From Haplodiscus bocki (taxonomy: Eukaryota), in NCBI GenBank assembly GCA_965655095.1, contig CBFHFQ010000478.1, positions 1 to 60,652 of the forward strand: a stretch of DNA of 60,652 nt. The letters run 5' to 3'. The notes under the pieces were generated by a model. The model was not told the DNA's origin. It saw only the letters and a list, made by a program, of their open reading frames with translations, and ran no database searches. Both the position numbers and the translations under genes were made by a program. Shown here one piece after another: positions 38,675 to 52,525 of this stretch. How positions within the stretch are numbered: the stretch's first letter is position 1; every line of letters begins with the position of its first letter.

Positions 38675-40278
38675 TTAGTAAACAGAATGTGTTGTTGTTA
38701 TATTATTGAAGCTTATATCAGCATGAGGAGTATCTATTTCATCGTATATTATTTTTTTACCATATTTTTCTACAGTAACTTAATTTCGTCCATTGTGTTG
38801 ATGTTGGTAAATCGATCCTTCTTAGGTCTTTTATATCTTGTAGGCCATGCATTATCACCGAATAACAGTTAAAAAGTAAGCCTACCCATTGATTTTAATG
38901 AGTCATTAAATAAAATTGAAAATATTTTATAATAGAAAGAACTTTTAGTAATTTGTCTAATATCTGTTCGTTCGGAGGAAACAATCATATTATTACCATA
39001 ATTATTAGAGCTCGTTTCTCTATACATAAAACTAGCACCAATCGGAGCTAAGCTTGTCGCTCCGGAAAACCCTGTTGGACTGTTTGTTATTGTTGATTTC
39101 ATAAAGTTTTGTATTTTACCAATAATATTGTTATCATTACGCTTTATAACCAAATTCTGTTATAGATATTCTCTTTTACTTCAGAATAGATTGATTGTTG
39201 TATCAGTAGTTTGTTTTTTGTCATATGGTGTAAAATTATTTGTTTTATTTTCAACAGATACTTCCACTTCCAAATAAATATCTAACATGTGAAAAAAACT
39301 GAGAATACTTCCATCTCCTTTTGAATCATCAACACATTTTTTGTTGGCTAGCTCTTTATGTGAATTAGAATTTCAAAAAACCACAACGCTTGGAAATTGT
39401 TTATTTTATTATTGTCAAATTCTTTGCCTTGATCATTATATACTGACGATAAATCTCGTCTTTTTCAATTGCTTTCATGTAAGGTATCAACATATGGTTT
39501 AGTAGGTATTTCTATTATCGTCTTTGGTGACGTTAGATTAGAAGTGAGAAGTGGTGAGTTTGTTTCATCTAGTTTTATTTTTTCCATCAGGACCCAATCT
39601 TAACATTGATGGTTCGTTTGCACTACAAAAAATAGCATTTTCAACATAATAATTTGCTGCTAAATGTTGTCCAACTACGGGCATGCTGTTTACTTTAACG
39701 AATTTAACGTTATCGGCATTTTCATCATTGAACTCAACATGAACAATGTTTTTTTATTATACTGGGATCAATAAATTATTCATCAACGTAGGATTTGGTT
39801 GGTATTTCTATTATCGTTTTCGGTAATGTTAAAGTAGAATTAAAAATTATTGAAGTTTTGCACCTAGTTTAATTCTTTAATCAGGATCTATTATCAATAA
39901 TGATGATTCATCTACATTATTAGAAAAAGTTTGATCAACATGTAACTTCGGTGTTAGATATCCTTCAAGGGTAGATATTGAGTTTAATTTGATAAAAGGA
40001 ACAATCTTGAGATTTTTATCATCGAAGTCAACATGAGTGGTCTTTTCTTTTATACTAGGATCCATAAATTTATCTTCAACAAAATTTTTTGGAGCCGTTT
40101 CTCATATGGATTTAGGTTCTAGTAAGTTTTTATTTGAATATTGATTTTTTAAGTCTATATCTTCTTCAAACTTAGCTTCCACATAATTGGTTCTCAAAAA
40201 ACATTTTTGTACCAATAAACTAGTATCAATTTTATTTGCAGAAATATTTGAACTAATACCAAATTTGTTATTGGACAT
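38675..40278 (-). pseudogene. Fibre/spike-like repeat protein (the only copy with the native C-terminus)
   Basis: Repeated KxYVD-type motifs (TKSYVDE, TKPYVDT, NKKCVDD, PKLHVDQ) and two ~95-aa internal repeats. Confidence 0.5.
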
Positions 40279-40282
40279 TTTT

Positions 40283-40683
40283 AATTAACTGAAATACATT
40301 TTTTGAAATAGCATCATATTATTTCAATCTTTTAATTAGAAAGAAAAACGACAAGCAATATGATCCGCATGATCGGAATTTTTTTCTTTGAATTTTCTAA
40401 TTATGATATATTCTTGGTTTGGGTAATTGATTGAGTAAAATTTTGTCTAGAACTTTACCGAAACTAACGAAATAAAATGATTTATCGTCTTTTACTATAA
40501 TGAAAACCCAATGGGCTCCCCCTTGTTCCCGTTGTCTTTTTTTGAGAATCCTTTATCTGAATTTAATTTTGAATCTCTCGGGTATTTCTTATAAATATAA
40601 ATTTCTTGCAAATCACTATCTTCCCTACCACCATTTTTTGAAATATATGTTTTCATGAAATCTTTTAAAATAAATATACTCAT
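40283..40683 (-). pseudogene. Adenain-like protease (copy 1; repeated at ~44230-44631, ~48180-48581 and ~52120-52522)
   Basis: G(A/T)HWV, YF.SFG, KIQ and CGSYCL motifs across frameshifts. Confidence 0.8.
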
Positions 40684-43600
40684 CTTTATATATTGTTAAC
40701 ATCTCCATCTACAAGAACTCTGCTAGCTCCAACAGCAGCACCTTCTTCTATTGTCTTTTCATTTTGAAGATAAGCATTACCGATTTGATGATAATTATAA
40801 ATTTCACCAAAAATGAATTCACCATTTTGATCAGAATCATTTATATTTGCTGCTTGTTCATGACAAGTATTCTAAAAATCTGTTTTTCTAATTGAATTAT
40901 CAATTGTTTCAATATCTAATAATTGAAAATCTTCAAGAATTCTTTTGTTATGCATAAAAAGCTAAGTGTAATCAATAAAGCCACTTCCTGGGAATATATT
41001 TCGTTTAAATGATTGTAAGTTTGGTGGTAATGTAGATGTATTATTTTTTATTTGAGGCTTAGGTTTTTGTTTAAAATGTTTTAAAAAAATCTTGGTTTTA
41101 TTAAGGTCTTCGTCATTTATTGGATAAAAATCAAACTTCTTTGATAGTTAATCTAAGTGTTATTGATTGACCAATAAAAAATACTAACTTTCCATTTTCG
41201 ATTTTCAATTTCAAACCAAAACTTGAAATGAAGTCTTTAGATTCCTTCATATACCATTGTACTCCTCCTCTGAATTTTTCAATTTTTTTGTAACCAGGAT
41301 CAACCCCATTGTAAAATTGTGTATTATTCTACTTCGTTTTTTGTCTAAAAGTCATTCCTTGAGCGATATCAATTTCTAAAAAATATTATCAATTGATACA
41401 ATATCATAGATCTCTGATACTATTATCATGAATGAAACTAATTTGAGTACCAATGAAGTTTGGTTTAATTTCTGTATTATTTCCATAAAGTGGAAAAAAT
41501 TGGTTAATTTACAAATGGATATTTTTCTTCTGTAAAATGCTCTTCTTTGATAATATTTCAATCAATTTCATCGTTTAAGCTCTCGAGTTCATATGTACCA
41601 GGTGAAATAGAAAAAAACAATAAATTCATCATTGTTGATTGATACCGTGAAATAAAATTTGTTATTTTTGTTTATAACATTAAAAATACCACTATAGCCA
41701 GTTAGAAAAGTGACAGCTAGTTTAGGTTGTTTATTATTCGTTTGTAATGATTGAAGTAGATGTTCTTCGTGTGTAGATTGATTCATGATAATTAACATAT
41801 GTTCTTCCACTTTAGGTCTTGTATTAATTGCGATTTGTTCTGATTTTTTACTTGGAAGCTCCAATTTTTATGTTTGGAATTTTTCAGGAGCTTTTCGATG
41901 TTGTTGTTTGTTTTTTATTTCCGCCTTTTGTAGAATTCATCTAGTAAATTACTAGCTTCTGTTAGGGTTTCATTGTGTCCAGATAACTTAAAACCTAGTA
42001 ATACTTCTAATCTAGAGTAGATATCAATTATATTGGATGGTATGATAGTTTTTTCAATTCCCTGGCTTTCTAAGTCATTATCAGAGATTTTTTTTTCATT
42101 AGAATCTTCTATATTCTCAATTTCTGGTAACGGAAGATATAAAAATTGAGTTTTTGTTTTTGGTAGATTATGCAAAGCATCTTTCAATCAAGCAGAAATT
42201 GAACATTTTGTATGTTCCTTATCAGAGAATCCAACAGTATTAAGTATATCAACTACTGTTTCTCTTTCAATATTATTCGATGGATTATTAGTGAGTTTAA
42301 TATAAGTAAAAAAATTTTGACTTTTAGGAGTTATATCAAATTCTCATTTTCAACATTATTTCTATTTTGTCCAAGTGGTTGAAAAAATACACCAATCCAA
42401 ATTACATATCAGTTTGATTTTTTTTTTCTAATTTGAAAAATTTTTTGCTGCTTTTCATAAGAGTTAAAGTATCACGTAATGGTTGAGTACCGGTTATTTT
42501 TTCTGAAGCTGGTCTTTGTTTGTTTTAATCCTCAACATATGATTTCTTAACTATTTCACCTATTTTTTTCAGTACTCCTTTTCACCTCATCTAAATTTCC
42601 TGCTAGTTTTTTATCATAAGTTTATTTTAAAGTTCTATTTTTAATTTTACGCGCTCGTTGATTTTTCTCGTAGATTAATCAAACTTTGTTCTGTTTCGTT
42701 GGATTAAATACTCAGTTACCTGATTTAAAAAAGCGAACTGTCTGGTACGTATATTGAATTTAATCCTAATCGATAATGGCCTGTGTGTTTATACTTTGTC
42801 AAATCAATGGTAAGTGGTTGATAAGTTTTATCCCAACATGTACTACTAAAGTATTTAAATTCGTTAAGTGTCATATCTATGATAGCTTTGTCTTGCTTAA
42901 GATTTTGAACATCTCTATATATTTTAGGTTTGAAAATGTGATAGATATTTCCCTTGGCTCGGATATTTCGTTTTGGTAATTCCTAGTAATCTTGAAGGCT
43001 CACAAAAATTGGTATATCCAGAAAACCCTGTTGGACTGTCTGTTTTTGTTGATTTTATAAATTTTTGTATTTTACCGTTAATATTGTTATCATTACGTTT
43101 TGTAACCAAAATCTGTAATAGATATTCTCCTCTATTTGGGAATCACTTAGTTGTTGTATCAGTAAATTGTATTTTGTCATATGGAGTAAGATTATTTGTT
43201 TTATTTTCAACAGATACTTTCAAATAAATATCTAACATTTGAATAAAACTGAGAACACTTCCATCTCCTTTTGAATCATCAACACATTTTTTATTGGCTA
43301 GCTCATTATCTGAATTAGGATTTCAAAAAACCACAACACTTGGAAATTGATTATTTTATTATTATCAAATTCCTTGCCATGATCGTTATATACTGACGAT
43401 AAATCTCGTCTGTTTTTATTGCTTTCATGTAAGGTATCAATATACGGTTTAGTAGGTATTTTTATTATCGTCTTTGGTGACGTTAGATTAGAATTGAGAA
43501 GTGGTGAGTTTGTTTCATCTAGTTTTTATTTTTCCATCAGGAACCAATCTTAACATTGATGGTTCGTTTGCACTACAAAAAATAGCATTTTCAACATAAA

Positions 43601-44633
43601 TATTTGCTGCTAAATGTTGTCCAACTACGGGCATGCTGTTTACTTTAACGAATTTAACGTTATCGGCATTTTCATCATTGAACTCAACATGAACAATGTT
43701 TTTTATTATACTGGGATCAATAAATTATTCATCAACGTAGGATTTGTTTGGTATTTCTATTATCGTTTTCGGTAATGTTAAAGTAGAATTAAACATTTTG
43801 AAGTTTTGCCCCTAGTTTCATTCTTTAATCAGGATCTAATATCAATAATGATGATTCATCTACATTATTAGAAAAAGTTTGATCAACATGTTTCTTCGGT
43901 GTTAGATATCCTTCAAGGGTAGATATTGAGTTTACTTTGATAAAAGGAACAATATTGAGATTTTTATCATCGAAGTCAACATGAGTGGTGTTTTCTTTTA
44001 TACTAGGATCCATAAATTTATCTTCAACAAATTTTTTTGGAGCCGTTTCTCATATGGATTTAGGTTCTAGTAAGTTTTCATTTGAATACTGATTTTTTAA
44101 GTCTATATCTTCTTCAAAATTAGCTTTCACATAATTAGTTCTCAAAAAACATTTTTGTACAAATAAACTAGTATCAATTTTATTTGCAGAAATATTTGAA
44201 CTATTACCAAATTTGCAATTGGACATTTTTAATTAACTGAAATACAATTTTTAAAATAGCATCATATTATTTCAATCTTTCAATTAAAAAGAAAAACGAC
44301 AAGCAATATGATCCGCATGATCGGAAAATTTTTCTTTGAATTTTGTATGTATGATATATTCTTGGTTTGGGTAATTGATTGAGCTAAAGTTTATCTAGAA
44401 CTTTACCGAAACTAACGAAATAAAATGATTTATCATCTTCTACTATAAAGAAAACCCAATGTGTTCCCCCTTGTTCCCTTTGTCTTTTTTTAAGAATCCT
44501 TTATCTGAATTTAAATTTGAATCTCTCGGGTGTTTCTTATAAAAATAAAATTCTTGTAAATCACTATCATCCCTACCACCATTTTTTGAAATATATGTTT
44601 TCATGAAATCTTTTAAAATAAATATACTCATCT

Positions 44634-44903
44634 TTATATAATGTTAACATCTCCATCTACAAGAACTCTGCTAGCTCCAACAGCATTAACTTCTTCTCTT
44701 GTCATTTCATATTGAAGATAAGCATTACCGATTTGATGATAATTATAATTTTCACCAAAAATGAATTCACCATTTTGATCAGAATCATCTAAATTTGCTG
44801 CTTGTTCATGACAAGTATTCTGAAAATCTCTTTTTCTAATTGAATTATCAATTGTTTCAATATCTAATAATTGAAAATCTTCAAGAACTCTTTTGTTATG
44901 CAT
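44634..44903 (-). pseudogene. Internally deleted major capsid (89-aa open mini-ORF, array copy 2)
   Basis: The N-terminus of the major capsid is fused in frame to its last codons; compare 52526-53814. Confidence 0.7.
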
Positions 44904-47900
44904 AATAAGCTAAGTGTTATCAATAAAGCCACTTCCTGGGAATAATTTTTGTTTAAATGATTGTAAGTTTCGTGGTAATGTAGATGTATTATTTTTTATT
45001 TGAGGCTTAGGATTTTGTTTAAGTTTTTTTTAAAAAAAATCTTGGTTTTATTAAGGTCTTCGTCATTTATTGGATAAAAATCAAACTTCTTTGATAGTTA
45101 GTCTAAGTGTTATTGATTGACCAATAAAAAATACTAACTTTCCATTTTCGATTTTCAATTTCAAACAAAAACTTGAAATGAAGTCTTTAGATTCCTTCAT
45201 ATACCATTGTACTCCTCCTCTGAATTTTTCAATTTTTTTGTAACCAGGATCAACCCCATTGTAAAATTGTGTACTATTCTACTTCGTTTTTTGTGTAAAA
45301 ATCATTCCTTGAGCGATATCACTTTCTAAAAATATTATCAACTGATACAATATCATAGATCTCTGATACTATTATCATGAATGAAACTAATTTGAGTACC
45401 AATGAAGTTTGGTTTAATTTCTGTATTATTTCCATAAAGTGTAAAAAATTGGTTAATTTACAAATGGATATTTTTCTTCTGTAAAATTCTCTTCTTTGAT
45501 AATATTTCAATTAATTTCATCATTTAAGCTCTCGAGTTCATATGTACCAGGTGAAATGGAAAAAAACAATAAATTCATCATTGTTGATTGATACCGTGGA
45601 ATAAAATTTGTTATTTTTGTTTAAAACATTAAAAATACCACTATAGCCAGTTAGAAAAGTCACAGCTAGTTTAGGTTGTTTATTTTTCGTTTGTAATGAT
45701 TGAAGTAGATGTTCTTCGTGTGTAGATTGATTCATGATAATTAACATATGTTCTTCCATTTTAGGTCTTGTATTAATTGCGATTTGTTCTGATATTTAAC
45801 TTGGAAGCTCCATTTTTTATGTTTGAAATTTTTTAGGAGCATTTCGATGTTGTTGTTTGTTTTTTATTTCCGCCTTTTGTAGAATTCATCTAGTAAATTA
45901 CTAGCATCTGTTAGGGTTTCATTGTGTCCAGATAACTTAAAACCTAGTAATACTTCTAATCTAGAGTAGATATCATTTATATTGGATGGTATGATAGTTT
46001 TTTCAATTCCCTGGCTTTCTAAGTCATTATCAGAAATTTTTTTTTCATTAGAATCTTCTATATTCTCAATTTCTGGTAACGGAAGATATAAAAATTGAGT
46101 TTTTGTTTTTGGTAGATTATGCAAAGCATCTTTCAATCAAGCAGAAATTGAACATTTTGTATGTTCCATATCAGAGAATCCAACATTATTAAGTATATCA
46201 AATACTGTTTCTCTTTCAATAATATTCGATGAATTATTAGTGAGTTTAGTATTAGTAAAAAAATTTTGAATTTTAGGAGTTATATCAAATTCTCATTTTC
46301 AACATTATTTCTATTTTGTCCAAGTGGTTGAAAAAATACACCAATCCAAATTACATCTCAGTTTGATTTTTTTTTCTAATTTGAAAAATTTTTTGCTGCT
46401 TTTCATAAGAGTTAAAGTATCACGTAACGGTTGAGTACCGGTTATTTTTTCTGAAGCTGGTCTTTGTTTGTTTTAATCCTCAACATATGATTTCTTAACT
46501 ATTTCACCTGTTTTTTATCAGTACTCCTTTTCACCTCATCTAAGTTTCCTGCTAGTTTTTTTATCATAGGTTTATTTTAAAGTTCTATTTTTAATTTTAC
46601 GCGCTCGTTGATTTTTCTCGTAGATTAATCAAACTTTGTTCTGTTTCGTTGGATTAAATACTCAGTTACCTGATTTAAAAAAGCGAACTGTCTGGTACGT
46701 ATATTGAATTTAATCCTAATCGATAACGGCCTGTCTGTTTATACTTTGTCAAATCAATGGTAAGTGGTTGATAAGTTTTATCCCAACATGTACTACTAAA
46801 GTATTTAAATTCGTTAAGTGTCATATCTATGATAGCTTTGTCTTGCTTAAGATTTTGAACATCTCTATATATTTTAGGTTTGAAAATGTGATAGATATTT
46901 CCCTTGGCTCGGATATTTCGTTTTGGTAATTCCTAGTAATCTTGAAGGCTCACAAAAATTGGTATATCCAGAAAACCCTGTTGGACTGTCTGTTTTTGTT
47001 GATTTTATACATTTTTGTATTTTACCGTTAATATTGTTATCATTACGTTTTGTAACCAAAATCTGTAATAGATATTCTCCTCTATTTGGGAATCACTTAG
47101 TTGTTGTATCAGTAAATTGTATTTTGTCATATGGAGTAAGATTATTTGTTTTATTTTCAACAGATACTTTCAAATAGATATCCAACATTTGAAAAAAACT
47201 GAGAACACTTCCATCTCCTTTTGAATCATCAACACATTTTTTATTGGCTAGCTCATTATCTGAATTAGGATTTCAAAAAACCACAACACTTGGAAATTGA
47301 TTATTTTATTATTATTAAATTCCTTGCCATGATCGTTATATACTGACGATACATCTCGTCTATTTCTATTGCTTTCATGTAAGGTATCAACATATGGTTT
47401 AGTAGGTATTTCTATTATCGTCTTTGGTGACGTTAGATTAGAAGTGAGAAGTGGTGAGTTTGTTTCATCTAGTTTTAATTTTTCCATCAGGACCCAATCT
47501 TAACATTGATGGTTCGTTTGCACTACAAAAAATAGCATTTTCAACATAAATATTTGCTGCTAAATGTTGTCCAACTACGGGCATGCTGTTTACTTTAACG
47601 AATTTAACGTTATCGGCATTTTCATCATTGAACTCAACATGAACAATGTTTTTTATTATACTGGGATCAATAAATTATTCATCAACGTAGGATTTGGTTG
47701 GTATTTCTATTATCGTTTTCGGTAATGTTAAAGTAGAATTAAAAATGTTGAAGTTTTGCCCCTAGTTTCATTCTTTAATCAGGATCTAATATCAATAGTG
47801 ATAATTCATCTACATTATTAGAAAAAGTTTGATCAACATGTAACTTCGGTGTTAGATATCCTTCAAGGGTAGATATTGAGTTTACTTTGATAAAAGGAAC

Positions 47901-50900
47901 AATATTGAGATTTTTATCATCGAAGTCAACATGAGTGGTGTTTTCTTTTATACTAGGATCCATAAATTTATCTTCAACAAATTTTTTTGGAGCCGTTTCT
48001 CATATGGATTTAGGTTCTAGTAAGTTTTCATTTGAATACTGATTTTTTAAGTCTATATCTTCTTCAAAATTAGCTTTCACATAATTAGTTCTCAAAAAAC
48101 ATTTTTGTAAAAATAAACTAGTATCAATTTTATTTGCAGAAATATTTGAACTATTACCAAATTTGCAATTGGACATTTTTAATTAGCTGAAATACAATTT
48201 TTAAAATAGCATCATATTATTTCAATCTTTCAATTAAAAAGAAAAACGACAAGCAATATGATCCGCATGATCGGAAAATTTTTCTTTGAATTTTGTATGT
48301 ATGATATATTCTTGGCTTGGGTAATTGATTGAGCTAAAATTTTTCTAGAACTTTACCGAAACTAACGAAATAAAATGATTTATCATCTTCTACTATAAAG
48401 AAAACCCAATGGGTTCCCCCTTGTTCGCGTTGTCTTTTTTTAAGAATCCTTTATCTGAATTTAATTTTGAATCTCTCGGGTGTTTCTTATAAATGTAAAA
48501 TTCTTGTAAATCACTATCATCCCTACCACCATTTTTTGAAATATATGTTTTCATGAAATCTTTTAAAAAATATATACTCATCTTTTCATATTGTTAACAT
48601 CTCCATCTACAAGAACTCTGCTAGCTCCAACAGCAACACCTTCTTCGATTGTCATTTCATATTGAAGATAAGCATTACCGATTTGATGATAAATATAATT
48701 TTCACCAAAAATGAATTCACCATTTTGATCAGAATCATTTAAATTTGCTGCTTGTTCATGACAAGTATTCTAAAAATCTCTTTTTCTAATTGAATTATCA
48801 ATTGTTTCAGTATCTAATAATTGAAAATCTTCAAGAATTCTTTTGTTATGCATAAAAAGCTAAGTGTAATCAATAAAGCCACTTCCTGGGAATAAATTTC
48901 GTTTAAATGATTGTAAGTTTGGTGGTAATGTAGATGTATTTTTTTTATTTGAGGCTTAGGTTTTTCTTTAAGTTGATTTACAAAAATCTTGGTTTTATTA
49001 AGGTCTTCGTCATTTATTGGATAAAAATCAAACTTCTTTGATAGATAATCTAAGTGTTATTGATTGACCATTAAAAAATACTAACTTTCCATTTTCGATT
49101 TTCAATTTCAAACCAAAACTTGAAATGAAGTCTTTAGATTCCTTCATATACCATTGTACTCCTCCTCTGAATTTTTCAATTTTTTTGTAACCAGGATCAA
49201 CCCCATTGTAAAATTGTGTATTATTCTACTTCGTTTTTTGTCTAAAAGTCATTCCTTGAGCGATATCAATTTCTAAAAAATATTATCAACTGATACAATA
49301 TCATAGATCTCTGATACTATTATCATGAATGAAACTAATTTGAGTACCAATGAAGTTTGGTTTATATTCTGTATTATTTCCATAAAGTGGAAAAAATTGG
49401 TTAATTTACAAATGGATATTTTTCTTCTGTAAAATGCTCTTCTTTGATAATATTTCAATTAATTTCATCGTTTAAGCTCTCGAGTTCATATGTACCAGGT
49501 GAAATAGAAAAAAACAATAAATTCATCATTGTTGATTGATACCGTGAAATAAAATTTGATATTTTTGTTTATAACATTAAAAATACCACTATAGCCAGTT
49601 AGAAAAGTGACAGCTAGTTTAGGTTGTTTATTATTCGTTTGTAATGATTGAAGTAGATGTTCTTCGTGTGTAGATTGATTCATGATAATTAACATATGTT
49701 CTTCCATTTTAGGTCTTGTATTAATTGCGATTTGTTCTGATATTTAACTTGGAAGCTCCATTTTTTATGTTTGAAATTTTTTAGGAGCATTTCGATGTTG
49801 TTGTTTGTTTTTTATTTCCGCCTTTTGTAGAATTCATCTAGTAAATTACTAGCATCTGTTAGGGTTTCATTGTGTCCAGATAACTTAAAACCTAGTAATA
49901 CTTCTAATCTAGAGTAGATATCATTTATATTGGATGGTATGATAGTTTTTTCAATTCCCTGGCTTTCTAAGTCATTATCAGAAATTTTTTTTTCATTAGA
50001 ATCTTCTATATTCTCAATTTCTGGTAACGGAAGATATAAAAATTGAGTTTTTGTTTTTGGTAGATTATGCAAAGCATCTTTCAATCAAGCAGAAATTGAA
50101 CATTTTGTATGTTCCATATCAGAGAATCCAACAGTATTAAGTATATCAAATACTGTTTCTCTTTCAATAATATTCGATGAATTATTAGTGAGTTTAGTAT
50201 TAGTAAAAAAATTTTGAATTTTAGGAGTTATATCAAATTCTCATTTTCAACATTATTTCTATTTTGTCCAAGTGGTTGAAAAAATACACCAATCCAAATT
50301 ACATCTCAGTTTGATTTTTTTTTCTAATTTGAAAAATTTTTTGCTGCTTTTCATAAGAGTTAAAGTATCACGTAATGGTTGAGTACCGGTTATTTTTTCT
50401 GAAGCTGGTCTTTGTTTGTTTTAATCCTCAACATATGATTTCTTAACTATTTCACCTATTTTTTTCAGTACTCCATTTTACCTCATCTAAAATTCCTGCT
50501 AGTTTTTTATCATAAGTTTATTTTAAAGTTCTATTCCTAATTTTACGCGCTCGTTGATTTTTCTCGTAGATTAATCAAACTTTGTTCTGTTTCGTTGGAT
50601 TAAATACTCAGTTACCTGATTTAAAAAAGCGAACTGTCTGGTACGTATATTGAATTTAATTCTAATCGATAACGGCCTGTGTGTTTATACTTTGTCAAAT
50701 CAATGGTAAGAGGTTGATAAGTTTTATCCCAACATGTACTACTAAAGTATTTAAATTCGTTAAGTGTCATATCCAAGATAGCTTTGTCTTGCTTAAGATT
50801 TTGAACATCGCTATATATTTTAGGTTTGAAAATGTAATAGATATTTCCCTTGGCTCGGATATTTCGTTTTGGTAATTCCTAGTAATCTTGAAGGATTATA

Positions 50901-52525
50901 AAAATTGGTACATCCAGAAAACCCTGTTGGACTGTCTGTTTTTGTTGATTTTATAAATTTTTGTATTTTACCGTTATTATTGTTATCATTACGTTTTGTA
51001 ACCAAAATCTGTAATAGATTTTCTCCTCTATTTGGGAATCACTTAATTGTTGTATCAGTAAATTGTATTTTGTCATATGGAGTAAGATTATTTGTTTTAT
51101 TTTCAACAGATACTTTCAAATAAATATCCAACATTTGAATAAAACTGAGAACAATTCCATCTCCTTTTGAATCATCAACACATTTTTTATTGGCTAGCTC
51201 ATTATCTGAATTAGGATTTCAAAAAACCACAACGCTTGGAAATTGAGTATTTTATTATTATTAAATTCCTTGCCATGATCGTTATATACTGACGATACAT
51301 CTCGTCTATTTCTATTGCTTTCATGTAAGGTATCAACATATGGTTTAGTAGGTATTTCTATTATCGTCTTTGGTGACGTTAGATTAGAAGTGAGAAGTGG
51401 TGAGTTTGTTTCATCTAGTTTTAATTTTTCCATCAGGACCCAATCTTAACATTAATGGTTCGTTTGCACTACAAAAAATAGCATTTTCAACATAAATATG
51501 CTAAATGTTGTCCAACTACGGGCATGCTGTTTACTTTAACAAATTTAACGTTATCGGCATTTTCATCATTGAACTCAACATGAACAATAATTTCTATTAT
51601 ACTGGGATCAATAAATTATTCATCAACGTAGGATTTGGTTGGTATTTCTATTATCGTTTTCGGTAATGTTAAAGTAGAATTAAAAATTTTGAAGTTTTGC
51701 CCCTAGTTTCATTCTTTAATCAGGATCTAATATCAATAATGATGATTCATCTACATTATTAGAAAAAGTTTGATCAACATGTTTCTTCGGTGTTAGATAT
51801 CCTTCAGGGGTAGATATTGAGTTTACTTTGATAAAAGGTACAATATTGAGATTTTTATCATCGAAGTCAACATGAGTGGTGTTTTCTTTTATACTAGGAT
51901 CCATAAATTTATCTTCAACAGAGTTTTTTGGAGCCGTTTCTCATATGGATTTAGGTTCTAGTAAGTTTTTATTTGAATATTGATTTTTTAAGTCTATATC
52001 TTCTTCAAAATTAGCTTCCATAAAATTAGTTCTCAAAAAACATTTTTGTACAACCAAACTAGTATCAATTTTATTTGCAGAAATATTTGAACTATTACCA
52101 AATTTGCTATTGGACATTTTTAATTAACTGAAATACAATTTTTAAAATAGCATCATATTATTTCAATCTTTCAATTAAAAAGAAAAACGACAAGCAATAT
52201 GATCCGCATGATCGGAAAATTTTTCTTTGAATTTTGTATGTATGATATATTCTTGGTTTGGGTAATTGATTGAGCTAAAATTTTTCTAGAACTTTACCGA
52301 AACTAACGAAATAAAATGATTTATCATCTTTTACTATAAAGAAAACCCAATGGGTTCCCCCTTGTTCTCCATTGTCTTTTTTTAAGAATCCTTTATCAGA
52401 ATTTATTTTTGAATCTCTCGGGTATTTCTTATAAATATTTTTTTTTGTAAATCACTATCGTCCCTACTACCAATTTTTGAAATATATGTCTCATGAAATC
52501 TTTTTTAAAATAAAAATACTCAATT

